The notes under the pieces are model-generated. The model made no database searches. It worked only from the letters and a program-made list of their open reading frames with translations, and was not told the DNA's origin. A stretch of DNA of 64,000 bases from NCBI GenBank assembly GCA_964016885.1, contig OZ024751.1, forward strand, positions 44,454,001-44,518,000, in the 5' to 3' direction. Of this stretch, positions 26,391 through 41,699 are shown in pieces; position 1 is the stretch's first letter, and each line of letters opens with the position of its first letter. The stretch is from Eledone cirrhosa. Taxonomy: Eukaryota. A program made the translations under genes and the position numbers.

Positions 26391-26507
26391 TTATTCTGAT
26401 GAAATGACAGTAAACAATAACATTGAAATATTGAATGTCTGCATAACTAAAAGTTTGTAGATAGCTGTTTTAGGTTATGTAACTGTTATAGAAACACGTG
26501 TCAATAA
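26391..26507 (+). ncRNA. Type I hammerhead ribozyme with long branched helix II
   Basis: ttatt-CTGATGA-a[atgacagt..actgttat]a-GAAAC-acgt-GTC|aataa; GUC site after 26502; A.A mismatch at the base of helix II. Confidence 0.85.
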
Positions 26508-26654
26508 ATTCCTTTCAACTAAACTGTATCCATTCAAATCTTTCTATTTTTCTCCGGATTACTTTTGGAACTACAACTGGAACCGTCGAGCAAACTCTAC
26601 GTGAGCTGATAATCTACTGTGTGTAATATTTATATTACAACACAACGGAAAAAA

Positions 26655-26708
<54 letters not shown>

Positions 26709-26731
26709 ACATACATATATTATATGTATGT

Positions 26732-26777
<46 letters not shown>

Positions 26778-26970
26778 TCAGGTTTGAGGTTCACCACTGT
26801 ATAGAGCTGGTCTATTCCGTATGGTCAATCGTAATGCAATAATATGGAGAGTACTCAACGTAAAGCAGTTCAACCGTCTTTGTTTTTGTGTTGGTGGTGC
26901 GAGTACGGAGTTAAATATTATAATGAAATGACAGGACGCTGGATTTGTGTAAATCCTTGAAAGGTTTATT

Positions 26971-27028
26971 ATACTATGATCATTTCAATGACCGGGTTCC
27001 GTGTGAATCCGGTGATATCATCAGGTAT
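26971..27028 (-). ncRNA. Type I hammerhead ribozyme, intact core
   Basis: Minus: atac-CTGATGA-[tatcaccggattc acacg gaacccggtcatt]-GAAA-tgatca-TA|gtat, then AATAAA and a tail ending tttcatt. Confidence 0.85.
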
Positions 27029-27160
27029 TCGAAATATAATGCGTGAGTGTAATAGGTAAAATCCATGGGGCTGAAAATCGAGACCCGAGGGCGACCGCTA
27101 TTCTGTTCCTTCAACCTCAGCCGGTCGCCCTGGAGTGACGTGGCTAAATTTTATAGTATG

Positions 27161-27264
<104 letters not shown>

Positions 27265-27320
27265 TATACATATATACATATATATATATACATACATATA
27301 TATATACACATATATATATA

Positions 27321-27414
27321 TGTGTATTGAATTTGATGCGTAAACACAGATGGTTAGTCCTCTTCCTTGTTGAAAATCCAGGATCTGGCTACTGTCGTTT
27401 ACTAATCGATTAAT
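27321..27414. repeat. Right arm of perfect 94-bp inverted repeat
   Basis: Reverse complement of 23465-23558. Confidence 0.97.
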
Positions 27415-27713
27415 TGGTGAAATATATTTCTTTAATGGAATATATACAAGGAAGATTAATCAATTTATAAGGTATCTATTTTTGAAGTTCTAGTTAAATT
27501 TTATTAGTTACCCACATAGCTATGTGTGCTTACACACTTTTACAAATTATCCCCTGTGATTGTTTCATATGTTTATTTTAGATATATTTATATGTCAATC
27601 AATTTCTAGTTGATATAAAATGGTCGGATCTATTCATTGGAATCTTGGAGCATATTTTACGGGTGATATGGCGCATGTCTATCTGATATGACACCCTTAA
27701 TTTAACTTAATTT

Positions 27714-27743
<30 letters not shown>

Positions 27744-27752
<9 letters not shown>

Positions 27753-27948
27753 AATGAATAATAACAGGTAGACATCATTCTGCTCTGAGGAAACAGTGGT
27801 CATAGCATTGGATATTTGAGTTCTGCAAGTACTTGTGAATTTGCACATAGCATAACTAGGCTTTAGTACCACCGTGGAAACACTTGTAAGCACACGGAAT
27901 AAATTACCTTTTTATGATGTCTACCTGTTATTATTCATTCTTTATATA
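27744..27948 (+). mobile_element. Short hammerhead-containing element bounded by a perfect 35-bp inverted repeat
   Basis: 27744-27778 is the reverse complement of 27914-27948; the spacer is a hammerhead plus AATAAA. Confidence 0.8.
27781..27892 (+). ncRNA. Type I hammerhead ribozyme with long helix II insert
   Basis: tgct-CTGAGGA-[aacagtggt..accaccgtg]-GAAAC-actt-GTA|agca; two mismatches in helix II. Confidence 0.8.
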
Positions 27949-28084
27949 CACTCCGGAATACAGAAGGATCAGGAACTAAGTTTCTTCAACAATTCTTCCA
28001 TAACTTGTAGAGTAACCTCTTACCGTACGTCAACCATATCCAGTGTAGTAATTAACCATTACTACATCTTGGATAATCCTATAC

Positions 28085-28130
<46 letters not shown>

Positions 28131-28199
28131 CATATATATATATATGGGGAAGGGGTTTCCATGTTTTTGTTTACATTTGAAGGTCGCGTACATCCTGTA

Positions 28200-28362
28200 A
28201 CTTAACAACTCGACAAATCAAGATATTTTATATATTTATCGGACTTGAAAAATAAAAAAATAAAACATAACATAAAATAAAACGTAATGGGGTCAAACAT
28301 ATCGACTAAATCTTTTAAAGGAGGTGCCACAGCATGGCCGCTGTATAATAACTGAAAGCATT
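28200..28362 (+). mobile_element. Decayed SINE 3' part (family B tail)
   Basis: ggggtcaaacatatcgactaaatc..aaaggaggtgccacagcatggccgc; related to the reverse fragment at 36765-36826. Confidence 0.55.
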
Positions 28363-28399
28363 GCCCCTGTGTATAAAAATATACAAACATACACACATA

Positions 28400-30235
<1,836 letters not shown>

Positions 30236-30449
30236 TTTGATAGTCATTTATTTGACACAGACATGGTATTATAATATTATCACCAGGAATAACAATAACT
30301 AGACAAAGATTTAATCATAGCTTTGTGTCTGAAACAAGTCAAATGAAGAAGAAGAAAAATAATAATGATGATAATGACGATGATGGTAGTGATTATGATA
30401 ATGATGGTGGTGGTGGTGGTGAGTGCGTGTTGGTCCTCTGTTGGATCCA

Positions 30450-30740
30450 GCGATGAGTGTTCCAGTTGATAAGATCAACGGAACTGTACGCTCGTGAAAT
30501 TTACCTGCAAGTGGCTGGGCATTCAGTAGTCAGGTGTACATTTGAGCAGGTTTCCAGGGAGATTCAACGTGACATTGTGAGATAAGACCGGCTCTTTAAA
30601 CTACAAGTACAACTCATTTTTTTTTCTCGCTGATTGAACTGCTGTAACGTGAAATAACGTGTCTTGCTCAAAGATACAATAACTTGCCACTTGGAATAGA
30701 TCTCAGGAGCTTACAATTTTGAGCCGAACCTTAGCCACGA
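30450..30740 (-). mobile_element. Degenerate CORE-like tRNA SINE
   Basis: gtgaaataacgtgtcttgctcaaagatacaa (reverse CORE-like motif), tRNA-head remnant to ~30740, body gttccagttgat..gatcaacggaac. Confidence 0.65.
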
Positions 30741-30837
30741 AGTCTTCACCAATGACAGTAAAATACTATTAATAAAAACAACAAGCAACCACAACTTCCT
30801 TTGTCATAGCCACGAGACAAGGGGTGACTCTTTGATT

Positions 30838-31765
30838 CAGATATATTGTATCTAGCTCTATATTCCCCAGATGTATTGTATCTAGCACTCCCTTCTCCAG
30901 ATATATTGTATCTAGCACAATCTTCTCCAGGTGTATTGTATCTAGCACTCTTTTCTCCAGATGTATTGTATTTAGCACTCCTTTCTCCAGATGTAGCACT
31001 ATCTCTAGCACTATCTTCTCCAGATGTATTGTATCTAGTCCAGTCATCTCAGATGTATTGTATCTAGCACTCTTTTCTCCATATGGATTGTATCTAGCAC
31101 TATTTTCTCCAGATATATTGTGTCTAGTCTAGTCATCTCCAGATGTATTGCATCTAGCTCTATATTCCCCAGACGTATAGTATCTAGGACTCCCTTCTCC
31201 AGATGTTTGTATCTAGTACTATTTTCTCCAGATATATTGTCCCTAGTCCAGTCATCTCCAGATTTATTGTATCTAGCACTATCTTCCGCAGATGTATTGT
31301 TTCTAATCCAGTCATCTCCAGATGTATTGTATCTAACATAATCTTCTCCAGATGGATTGTATCTAACATAATCTTCTCCAGATGTATTGAATCTAACATA
31401 ATCTTCTCCAGATGTATTGTATCTAACATAATCCTCTCCAGATGTATTGTATCTAACATAATCTTCTCCAGATGTATTAAATCTAACATAATCTTCTCCA
31501 GATGTATTGTATCTAACATAATCTTCTCCAGATGTATTGAATCTAACATAATCTTCTCCAGATGTATTGTATCTAACATAATCTTCTTCAGATGCATTGT
31601 ATCTAACATAATCTTCTCCAGATGTATTGAATCTAACATAATCTTCTCCAGATGTATTGAATCTAACATAATCTTCTGCAGATGTATTGAATCTAACATA
31701 ATCTTCTCCAGATGTATTGAATCTAACATAATCTTCTCCAGATGTATTGAATCTAACACTATATT
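30838..31765. repeat. 30-bp minisatellite, ~31 units
   Basis: Unit ATCTTCTCCAGATGTATTGTATCTAACATA; diverged left half, homogeneous right half. Confidence 0.95.
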
Positions 31766-32094
31766 TCCCTCATTATTTATCACATTGTCTCTATTAAATA
31801 TATTTCTCTTTCTTTTTTTTCTTTTATCATTTATTGCAAACATTATATAATTTAATTGAAATTTCTGACATATAAATAGATTCTAGTGTCTCTTTGACAC
31901 CTTTGCAAGCATTCATGACAGGTCTCCTGTCAGAATATTACATTCTCCCTCCTTTCCTCAACCAGTTTCGGGGGCGGGGACCATGGAAAGTGCAATGAGC
32001 CCTCTGCCCCTCTTCCTCCGACTAAACAAAAAAAAAAAGAAAGATGTTGAAATATCCCAATGCAAAGAAAAAATAAAGAAAATAAAAAAGTCTT

Positions 32095-32130
32095 CCTTCT
32101 GATGAAGTGTTCTGCTCGAAACGTTATACT
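32095..32130 (+). ncRNA. Degenerate minimal hammerhead remnant
   Basis: CTGATGAA-gtgttctgctc-GAAAC-GTT; core spacing correct, helix I lost, helix II imperfect. Confidence 0.45.
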
Positions 32131-32469
32131 TTTCCTTTTCTTCGTGGCAAATTAATTTATTTTACTTTTGAACTGTTTTCTGTGTACTTCTTAGTGGCTT
32201 GAATCAAATAAACAGTATAGGATATGTTCTATTGTTAGAGCTTGTTGGTGGTAGTCTTAATATTGTTGTTGTTGTCACTGTTGTATTATATTCTGTTTCA
32301 CCTTGATGACAATACTTTCGACAACTGGGTAGTCTATAAACAAAAGAAACAAAAACGTAAACAAAACATACAAAAGAAAACAGGTAAATGTAAGTTGGAG
32401 AGACACGAATTTTAAAAAGAAATTATAAAGAGAATATAAGAAACAGACAAAATTTTCGTGTGCTGAAAT

Positions 32470-34264
<1,795 letters not shown>

Positions 34265-34604
34265 GCTACAGGGACAGTGATCCTGGTAAAGGAAGGTTTA
34301 AAGGATGTTCTGTGGTGTTAAGTGACCAATAAAGTACAGTAGTAGCTTGTTGTTCTGAAGTAAATATCCGCCCACATAACACATGCACACACATGCACAT
34401 ATACATACATACACGCATACATACACAAACACACACATACATACACATGTACACATAAACATACACACACATAGACTGTAATAATATTATTTATACATTC
34501 AACAATGGACAACTTTCCACGTTATTCTGTTGAAATTAGAATTATATATAACCCAACCTGACCCCAGCAAATTGGGTATTGGACATACATATATATACAT
34601 GTAC

Positions 34605-34700
<96 letters not shown>

Positions 34701-34762
34701 CTGTGTCTGTGTGTGTGTATAAATGAAAGATTATCGAGGATTTTGATTAAAGCATTTAATAG

Positions 34763-34827
34763 TTTTACGACCGTTTCGTCTGACTGACAAAAATATTGCA
34801 TTCTTGTTGGGATATCTCCTCAGGATC
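34763..34827 (-). ncRNA. Degenerate hammerhead-like motif
   Basis: Minus: CTGAGGA..acaagaat/atttttgt..GAAAC-g-GTC, then ATTAAA and a tail ending tttcatt; helix I and the helix II base do not pair. Confidence 0.35.
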
Positions 34828-35064
34828 GATCAAATACACTTAGATTTGTTCATATATATATTTGCCTCGCCTCAGAAAGAATTTCTATAGACTTTTGACT
34901 GAGGAATGTTCTCACAACTGACCAATGACCTTTGACGCTGAAATTCGTTTGTTCGAATTCATATGATTCCAGTTCCTCAGAGAAATAACAACCCAACCAG
35001 GAACTGGGCACATCGGATTATTGACGAAGTTAAACACCTCAACAACATATGTCTCTACCACACC

Positions 35065-35119
35065 ACTGCCTGAAGAGGTCACAGCCAAAGATGGCTGTCA
35101 CCAAAATATATATAGCAGT
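35065..35119 (+). ncRNA. Type I hammerhead with a G12A core substitution
   Basis: actgc-CTGAAGA-[ggtcacagcca aaga tggctgtcacc]-AAAA-tatata-TA|gcagt-AATAAA. Confidence 0.85.
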
Positions 35120-35209
35120 AATAAACGAAGCCAAATTTTAAATATTTGACTTATTTATTTTTTATCACTCCTATGACTTTTACAATTTTCAACGGAAACT
35201 TCAGTACCG

Positions 35210-35294
<85 letters not shown>

Positions 35295-35431
35295 GTAATA
35301 ATAATAATAAATTTGAAGACTAAAATCCAAAGAGGGCTCGATAAGGATAAATATATATCAAATATATAAGAACCGTAGAGCATATATATATATATGAAAA
35401 ATGACGTGCTGCGTTGTTGCAATTGGGATAC

Positions 35432-35822
35432 ATATGAATAAAATTAGACCTAGAAGACAGGACTGTCCGTCATCAGTGATCTTCCAGCCATCATCGGTAT
35501 TTCGTCCCGTCTGACCTGTGTGAAATCCTTTTCTCGCTCACATTTCACAGGGTCCAGATGCGTCTTTCTCTCCTCATCCACGATTTGTTCACAGATATCA
35601 CGGACTTGTTTCTCATCTTCCTCTCTTTCCGTTGAATTACCATCTCTGTTTGTTTACATTTCTCGCTTTCTTCACCCAATTCTACTTGTCCCAATAACGT
35701 TTTTTAGTTATTGCTCGCACCAACCTGAGGTATATGGTCTTTAATGCGAAGAAATACCGATGATGGCTGGAAGATCACTGATGATGGACAGTCCTGTCTT
35801 CTTGCTCTAATTTTATTCATAT
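35432..35822. repeat. 72-bp inverted repeat (3 mismatches) around a 247-bp spacer, abutting (TA)n
   Basis: 35432-35503 versus 35751-35822. Confidence 0.9.
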
Positions 35823-35831
35823 ATATATGTA

Positions 35832-35978
<147 letters not shown>

Positions 35979-36279
35979 AGAGAGAGAAAGAGATGATGAT
36001 GTTACACCTTCATTTAAAACTCCTGACTGCCTTGTTTCGCCTCCTACGCTCACAACGATTTTATCCCCCCAAAACCCAGCTTCAGCTACTATATTCAGAA
36101 TTCTCCTAAACCCCCTGCCCCAGCATGACCACCCTGGGTTGTTTCCTGGTCTATGGTTTCCCTGGATATCATCGACCTGCAAATGTTCAAGTGGTATGTT
36201 AATTACATCATATCTCGCTTCACCTCAACGACATAATTTCAATGTTCCAACTAGAGCTTGCAACCAATACTGCATTTAG

Positions 36280-37030
36280 CTGAAAATATGGAATACTCTC
36301 GAAATATGTAATACAATTCCTTAAAATGAAAAATATTATCGAAATTCGTAATAAAAGATCTTAAGATAAGAGATATTAACGAAATACTTATAAAAAGGCC
36401 TTAGAATGTGAAATAACGAAATATTTAATGCAAGTTCTTAAAATGTGAAATAGGTTATAAAAGCCCTTAAAATGTGATATATTAACGAAATATGTTATAA
36501 AAGGCCTTAAAATGTGATATATTATCGACATATGTTATAAAAGGCCTTAAAATCTTTTAATACAAGTTCTTAAAATGTGAAATACGTTACAAAAGGCTTT
36601 AAAATGTAAATAACGAAATATGTTATATAAGGCCTTTAAATGTAAATAACGAAATATGCTATATAAGGCCTTAAAATGTGATATAATAACGAAATATGTT
36701 ACATAAGGCTTTAAAATGTGATACATCAACGAAATGTATTATATAAGGCCTTAAAATGTGATATACTCTTTTACTCTTTTACCTGTTCCAGCCATCCGGC
36801 TGAGACCATGCTGGGGCACCGCCCTTACATATATTAACGAAATATGCTATATAAGTTCTTAAAATGTGATATATTAACGAAATATGTTATATAAGACCTT
36901 AAAATGTGATATATTAACGAAATATGTTATATAAGGCCTTAAAATGTGATACATCAACGAAATATGTTATATAAGGCCTTAAAATAAGGAATATTAACAA
37001 AATATGTAATACAAGGCTTTAAGATGCGAA
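36280..37030. repeat. Degenerate ~38-40 bp AT-rich minisatellite interrupted by a SINE 3' fragment
   Basis: Unit aaggccttaaaatgtgatatattaacgaaatatgttatat; insert at 36765-36826 flanked by atata on both sides. Confidence 0.9.
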
Positions 37031-37312
37031 ATGAAAAGATGAACAAAAATATAAATAAAACGAAGTAGTATGAAAAGAAGAAAAACTGATAAAATGAAGC
37101 AAAGCAGTTAATATTTAGCTTGGGATTAAATTACAACGAGGTCATTCTGTTGGATTAAGGTCAAAATATTTCCCAAAATTCTCCTGTAAAACCTGTATTT
37201 CAGGACATTCTTTTAATAAGCTGAATTACTTGTCTGCTTTTTACTAGACATATATACACGATTGGGTGTGTATGTGTGTATGTGTGTGTGTCTGTGTGTA
37301 TGTGTGTGTGTG

Positions 37313-37362
<50 letters not shown>

Positions 37363-38266
37363 TGTGTTTGTGTGTGTGTGCGTGTGCGTGTGTGTTTGTG
37401 TTTGTGTGTGGTTATGGGTGTGTTAATGAGTGTAAACATGCATTTTCATGCCTTCACATCCGGAGTATACGAAGGGTGCTTAAAATACACTCACACACAC
37501 ATGATTGCATACAAACATACATACAAACACGTGTGTATACACATACACACATATATACACAAATGTATGCATAGTGAGAGAGAGAAAAAGAGAGAAAAAG
37601 ATTGAGAGAGGAGGGAGGGAGAGGAAAGGGAAAGAGAGAAAATGGGTAGACGACCCTTAAAAGGGAAACAGTTCTTTCAAAACCAGAGAGAAAACAATAT
37701 TTACAGAGAACAGATTCAAAACCTTTAGCTTCTGAAACCTGATTTTATGAATTACTATTTCGTCGTATAATTTATTATGTAATTATCTAAGGTATACTAA
37801 TCGCCAATGGTGGTAATATCGACAAGCTGGGATTTCTGGGCAAAGGAAGTCACCAGCTATAGATAGCATGTTGTAAATGCTATCTATAAAGGGAACTATA
37901 AAAATATACAATACTTTTTCTCACGGAAAACATGTAGTCTTCTCCGATGGATATGACATGATCGCTTCTTAAAAATACTCGCAGTGAGACTTATGTATGT
38001 TTATTATACATAAATATATCCATATACATTCTAAGACAAACACACACACAGATAAATATATACAGTATATATATATGTTTATATATCACACAATTATTCA
38101 TACTCATATTCATTCATTTTGTTACCTATACATGCGTTGTTTGACACAACAAGAGGTTTCCTTGGTTAGGTATCAGTTTGCGAGAATTCCCATACAGGTG
38201 ATTCTTGGAGTAATAGTAGTAAATAAAACCCTTTTTGTACAGCCGACTATGTTATTCTTCACTCTT

Positions 38267-38388
<122 letters not shown>

Positions 38389-38427
38389 AATATATATATA
38401 TAATGAAAATAAACATCAAAAGTCTTT

Positions 38428-38472
38428 ATTAGCCAACAATGTTTCGTCCTATTAAGGACTCATCAGGGCAAT
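38428..38472 (-). ncRNA. Type I hammerhead ribozyme, intact core
   Basis: Minus: attgcc-CTGATGA-[gtcct taat aggac]-GAAAC-att-GTT|ggctaat, AATAAA, tail ending tttcatt then (TA)n. Confidence 0.88.
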
Positions 38473-38568
38473 TAAAGCTATAAGAAGCACTATCGGCCAA
38501 TACAAGCCAAAAACATTTCTATAATACGAAGAGGGTGTTTAACTCCAACACACTCTAGTATTTTAATT

Positions 38569-38624
<56 letters not shown>

Positions 38625-38962
38625 CGTGTATATACAATTATGAACGTATTCACAGAAGCATAACCTCAATCCTAAAACACACATAGAAAGGAAAGTGACA
38701 ATGTGTTTCATGGCAGGGTTAAAAAGTATTAAAAGTATGTTTGAAAGAGGTAAATATATTGGGGGAGGGAAAACAGGGATAAAATACCTGCTAATGTAAG
38801 GTTCATGTGAAAGGTCATCCTTCGATGGTTTACCCGTTTACAATAGGGGCCAGGATGATACAGAGATACGTCTTCCTCCCGTAAACTCACCTGAACCTCA
38901 TACAAATTATATGTGGGTGGCGAATAATGTTCATGGTGGCACCTATCATTCTATCATTATAC

Positions 38963-39720
38963 GGCAGTATCGGTAGAGGGTCGGACGCCGTGCTAGGGTG
39001 GTGGATTGGCAGTATCGGTAGAGGGTCGGACGCCGTGCTAGGGTGGTGGATTGGCAGTATCGGTAGAGGGTCGGACGCCATGCTAGGGTGGTGGATTGGC
39101 AGTATCGGTAGAGGGTCGGACGCCATGTTAGGGGGGTGGATTGGTAGTATCGGTAGAGGGTCGGACGCCGTGCTAGGGTGGTGGATTGGCAGTATCGGTA
39201 GAGGGTCGGACGACATGCTAGGGTGGTGGATTGGCAGTATCGGTAGAGGGTCGGACGCCGTGCTAGGGTGGTGGATTGGCAGTATCGGTAGAGGGTCGGA
39301 CGCCATGCTAGGGTGGTGGATTGGCAGTATCGGTAGAGGGTCGGACGCCGTGCTAGGGTGGTGGATTGGCAGTATCGGTAGAGGGTCGGACGACATGCTA
39401 GGGTGGTGGATTGGCAGTATCGGTAGAGGGTCGGACGCCATGCTAGGGTGGTGGATTGGCAGTATCGGCAGAGGGTCGGACGACATGCTAGGGTGGTGGA
39501 TTGGCAGTATCGGTAGAGGGTCGGACGACATGCTAGGGTGGTGGATTGGCAGTATCGGCAGAGGGTCGGACGCCATGCTCTGCAGCAAAGAGTTACGGCC
39601 CTTTATGGTCTGAGGTCAAATCCCGCCGAGGTTAACTTTGCCTTTCATCCTTACGGGGTCGATAAAATACAGTACCAGTAATGTACTGGAGTAATTACTG
39701 GCCTAAAGTAGTAACAATTA
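38963..39720 (+). mobile_element. Family-A SINE whose first 45 nt are tandemly repeated 14 times
   Basis: Unit gggtggtggattggcagtatcggtagagggtcggacgccatgcta; the last unit continues into the normal SINE body and tail. Confidence 0.93.
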
Positions 39721-39771
39721 TACACCACCTTCTCACCATCTTCTTTGCTACTAAGTATATGTATGTGGGTT

Positions 39772-39801
<30 letters not shown>

Positions 39802-39809
<8 letters not shown>

Positions 39810-40122
39810 TAAGAGGAATTCCAACTATGTCTGATTTACTCGTTTTATTTACAATCCTTTAAAATTTATAATGGTATTATAATGAAATAGTATGGTAGAA
39901 TATTAAATGTTAAGTGTTAATTGAACAAGTACTTTCATGCTTTCGCAATCTTCAGGTTCATAATGTGTGGTGACAGTCAAGTTTGCAATTTTCAACTGTT
40001 CAATTAACACTTAACATTTAATATTCTACCATACTATTTCATTATAATACCATTATAAATTTTAAAGGATTGTAAATAAAACGAGTAAATCAGACAAAGT
40101 TGGAATTCCTCTTATTAATATA
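39802..40122. repeat. 126-bp inverted repeat (1 mismatch) with a 69-bp spacer carrying a hammerhead
   Basis: 39802-39927 versus 39997-40122. Confidence 0.95.
39922..39960 (-). ncRNA. Minimal type I hammerhead ribozyme
   Basis: Minus: tgaac-CTGAAGA-t[tgc gaaa gca]t-GAAA-gtac-TT|gttca; CUU site, cut between 39927 and 39926. Confidence 0.85.
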
Positions 40123-40160
40123 ATCTTCTATACACAATCATACACACCCGTGTATATTTA

Positions 40161-40224
<64 letters not shown>

Positions 40225-40581
40225 GCATATATATAATATATATATATATATAAATGCAAAAGGATTTCAGGATATCTCTCTGTTGCTTTCCTTTGTTTTT
40301 CTTATTTCTTCCTTTTTTCTTTCTTTTTTTATTTCCTCCTATCTTTATTTATCTCTTTCTTTTCTCCATACATTTCTCTCTCTCTCCGATATTTCTCCAG
40401 GTTTTCTTTCTCTCTCTCCGTCTTTTTTCTTTTTTTCTTTCTCTCCGTCTTTTTCTAATTGTGCTTAACACTATGACTTATTAAAATAATATAAACAAAT
40501 CACTATCCAGACAGCCTCCAAAAGTAATGGCTGCATTTTAAAAGGGTACGTCAAAGCTATTTGTAAAACTGTTATATATTG

Positions 40582-40646
40582 TATTTTGTCTGATGAAGGC
40601 ATACCATAATTTAATGTGGTATCCCTGAAATATGTATAATGAAATA
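40582..40646 (+). ncRNA. Type I hammerhead ribozyme, intact core
   Basis: tattttgt-CTGATGA-[aggcataccata atttaa tgtggtatccct]-GAAA-tatgta-TA|atgaaata, overlapping AATAAA; (TA)n ~40 nt downstream. Confidence 0.88.
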
Positions 40647-40685
40647 AATATGGTTTTATAAATATAGTTTCCATTTATTAATATC

Positions 40686-40771
<86 letters not shown>

Positions 40772-41100
40772 GAAAAGTATAGAAATTATTGTAGCAAGGA
40801 GCCGACAGTATTCCATAATATAAGTGACTGTAGCGTCAACATGGAAAAATAGTTAACGTACGATGTGGGAAAATAATTCAAACTCAAATCAAAAAGAATT
40901 AGGATTCATCCACAGAATTTGGTGAAATCCAGGAAAAAATCAATAGAGCCTTAACTCAGAATAAAATAAAGTTTAAAATACTCATCCTTCAATTTGGAAT
41001 ATATATATATATATATATATATAACGAAGGAGATGTGGTAAGGAACCATATGGACCATAACGCACCAAAGTACTCAATACTTAGGGTAGTAGAGTGGTTA

Positions 41101-41279
41101 ATAGGAACAAGTATGACCCCGACGGCAGAGCTCAAGCCGTTTCGACGGCTAATTCTGGATTAAATAAGAATTTTTAGCCTGGTAGATAATTTATTTACCA
41201 GGCTAAAACTTCTTATTTAGTCCAGAATTAGCCTTCGAAACGGCTTGAGCTCTGCCGTCGGGGTCATACTTGTTCCTAT
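41101..41279. repeat. ~180-bp near-perfect palindrome (fold-back)
   Basis: Arms of ~89 bp with 4 mismatches and essentially no spacer; (TA)n on the right. Confidence 0.95.
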
Positions 41280-41699
41280 ATATATATATATGTGTGTGTT
41301 TTCAATGAATATTTAACTCCGTTCTTGCACCACGTCGTACCACATCTACGACAGATGATTCCAAGCGCTTTAATTTGTTCCAAGCGCTTTAATTTGTTGC
41401 ATCATCGTTTATTCACCTTAAATGGTATAAATATATATAAGTGGGGAGTAAATTTTGCTTCAAACATATTATAGAGAAAACATGATTCTGATCTAGTTTG
41501 CTTACTTTCATTAAGGATGTGTTGTATATCCTTATTTACTACATTATGCATAGTTTGGGGAAGTAACCTTCTTAATTCCGTGTATATATTAATATTTCGA
41601 AGCCGCCACGGCGCCTTCTTGAAAGTCTTCTAACTATGAGTTTCTGGTTTCGAGCTTTAAATGTTGTTATTTTGTTGTCATAAGATTTTTAATGACGGG

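Larger units (their letters stand above)
23620..26658 (+). mobile_element. Penelope-like retroelement body plus 3' UTR/pLTR, bounded by (TA)n
   Basis: ORF followed by ~1.2 kb containing two hammerhead motifs and AATAAA; (TA)n on both sides; 3' boundary approximate. Confidence 0.8.

Noticed and set aside
34894-34965. CTGAGGA..GAAATTCG..CGAATT hammerhead candidate
   Set aside because: Helix I pairs only if the cleavage nucleotide is omitted, and helix II is poor
38963-39590. CRISPR-like appearance of the 45-bp array (also the 60-bp and 30-bp arrays)
   Set aside because: No unique spacers, no cas genes, eukaryotic context
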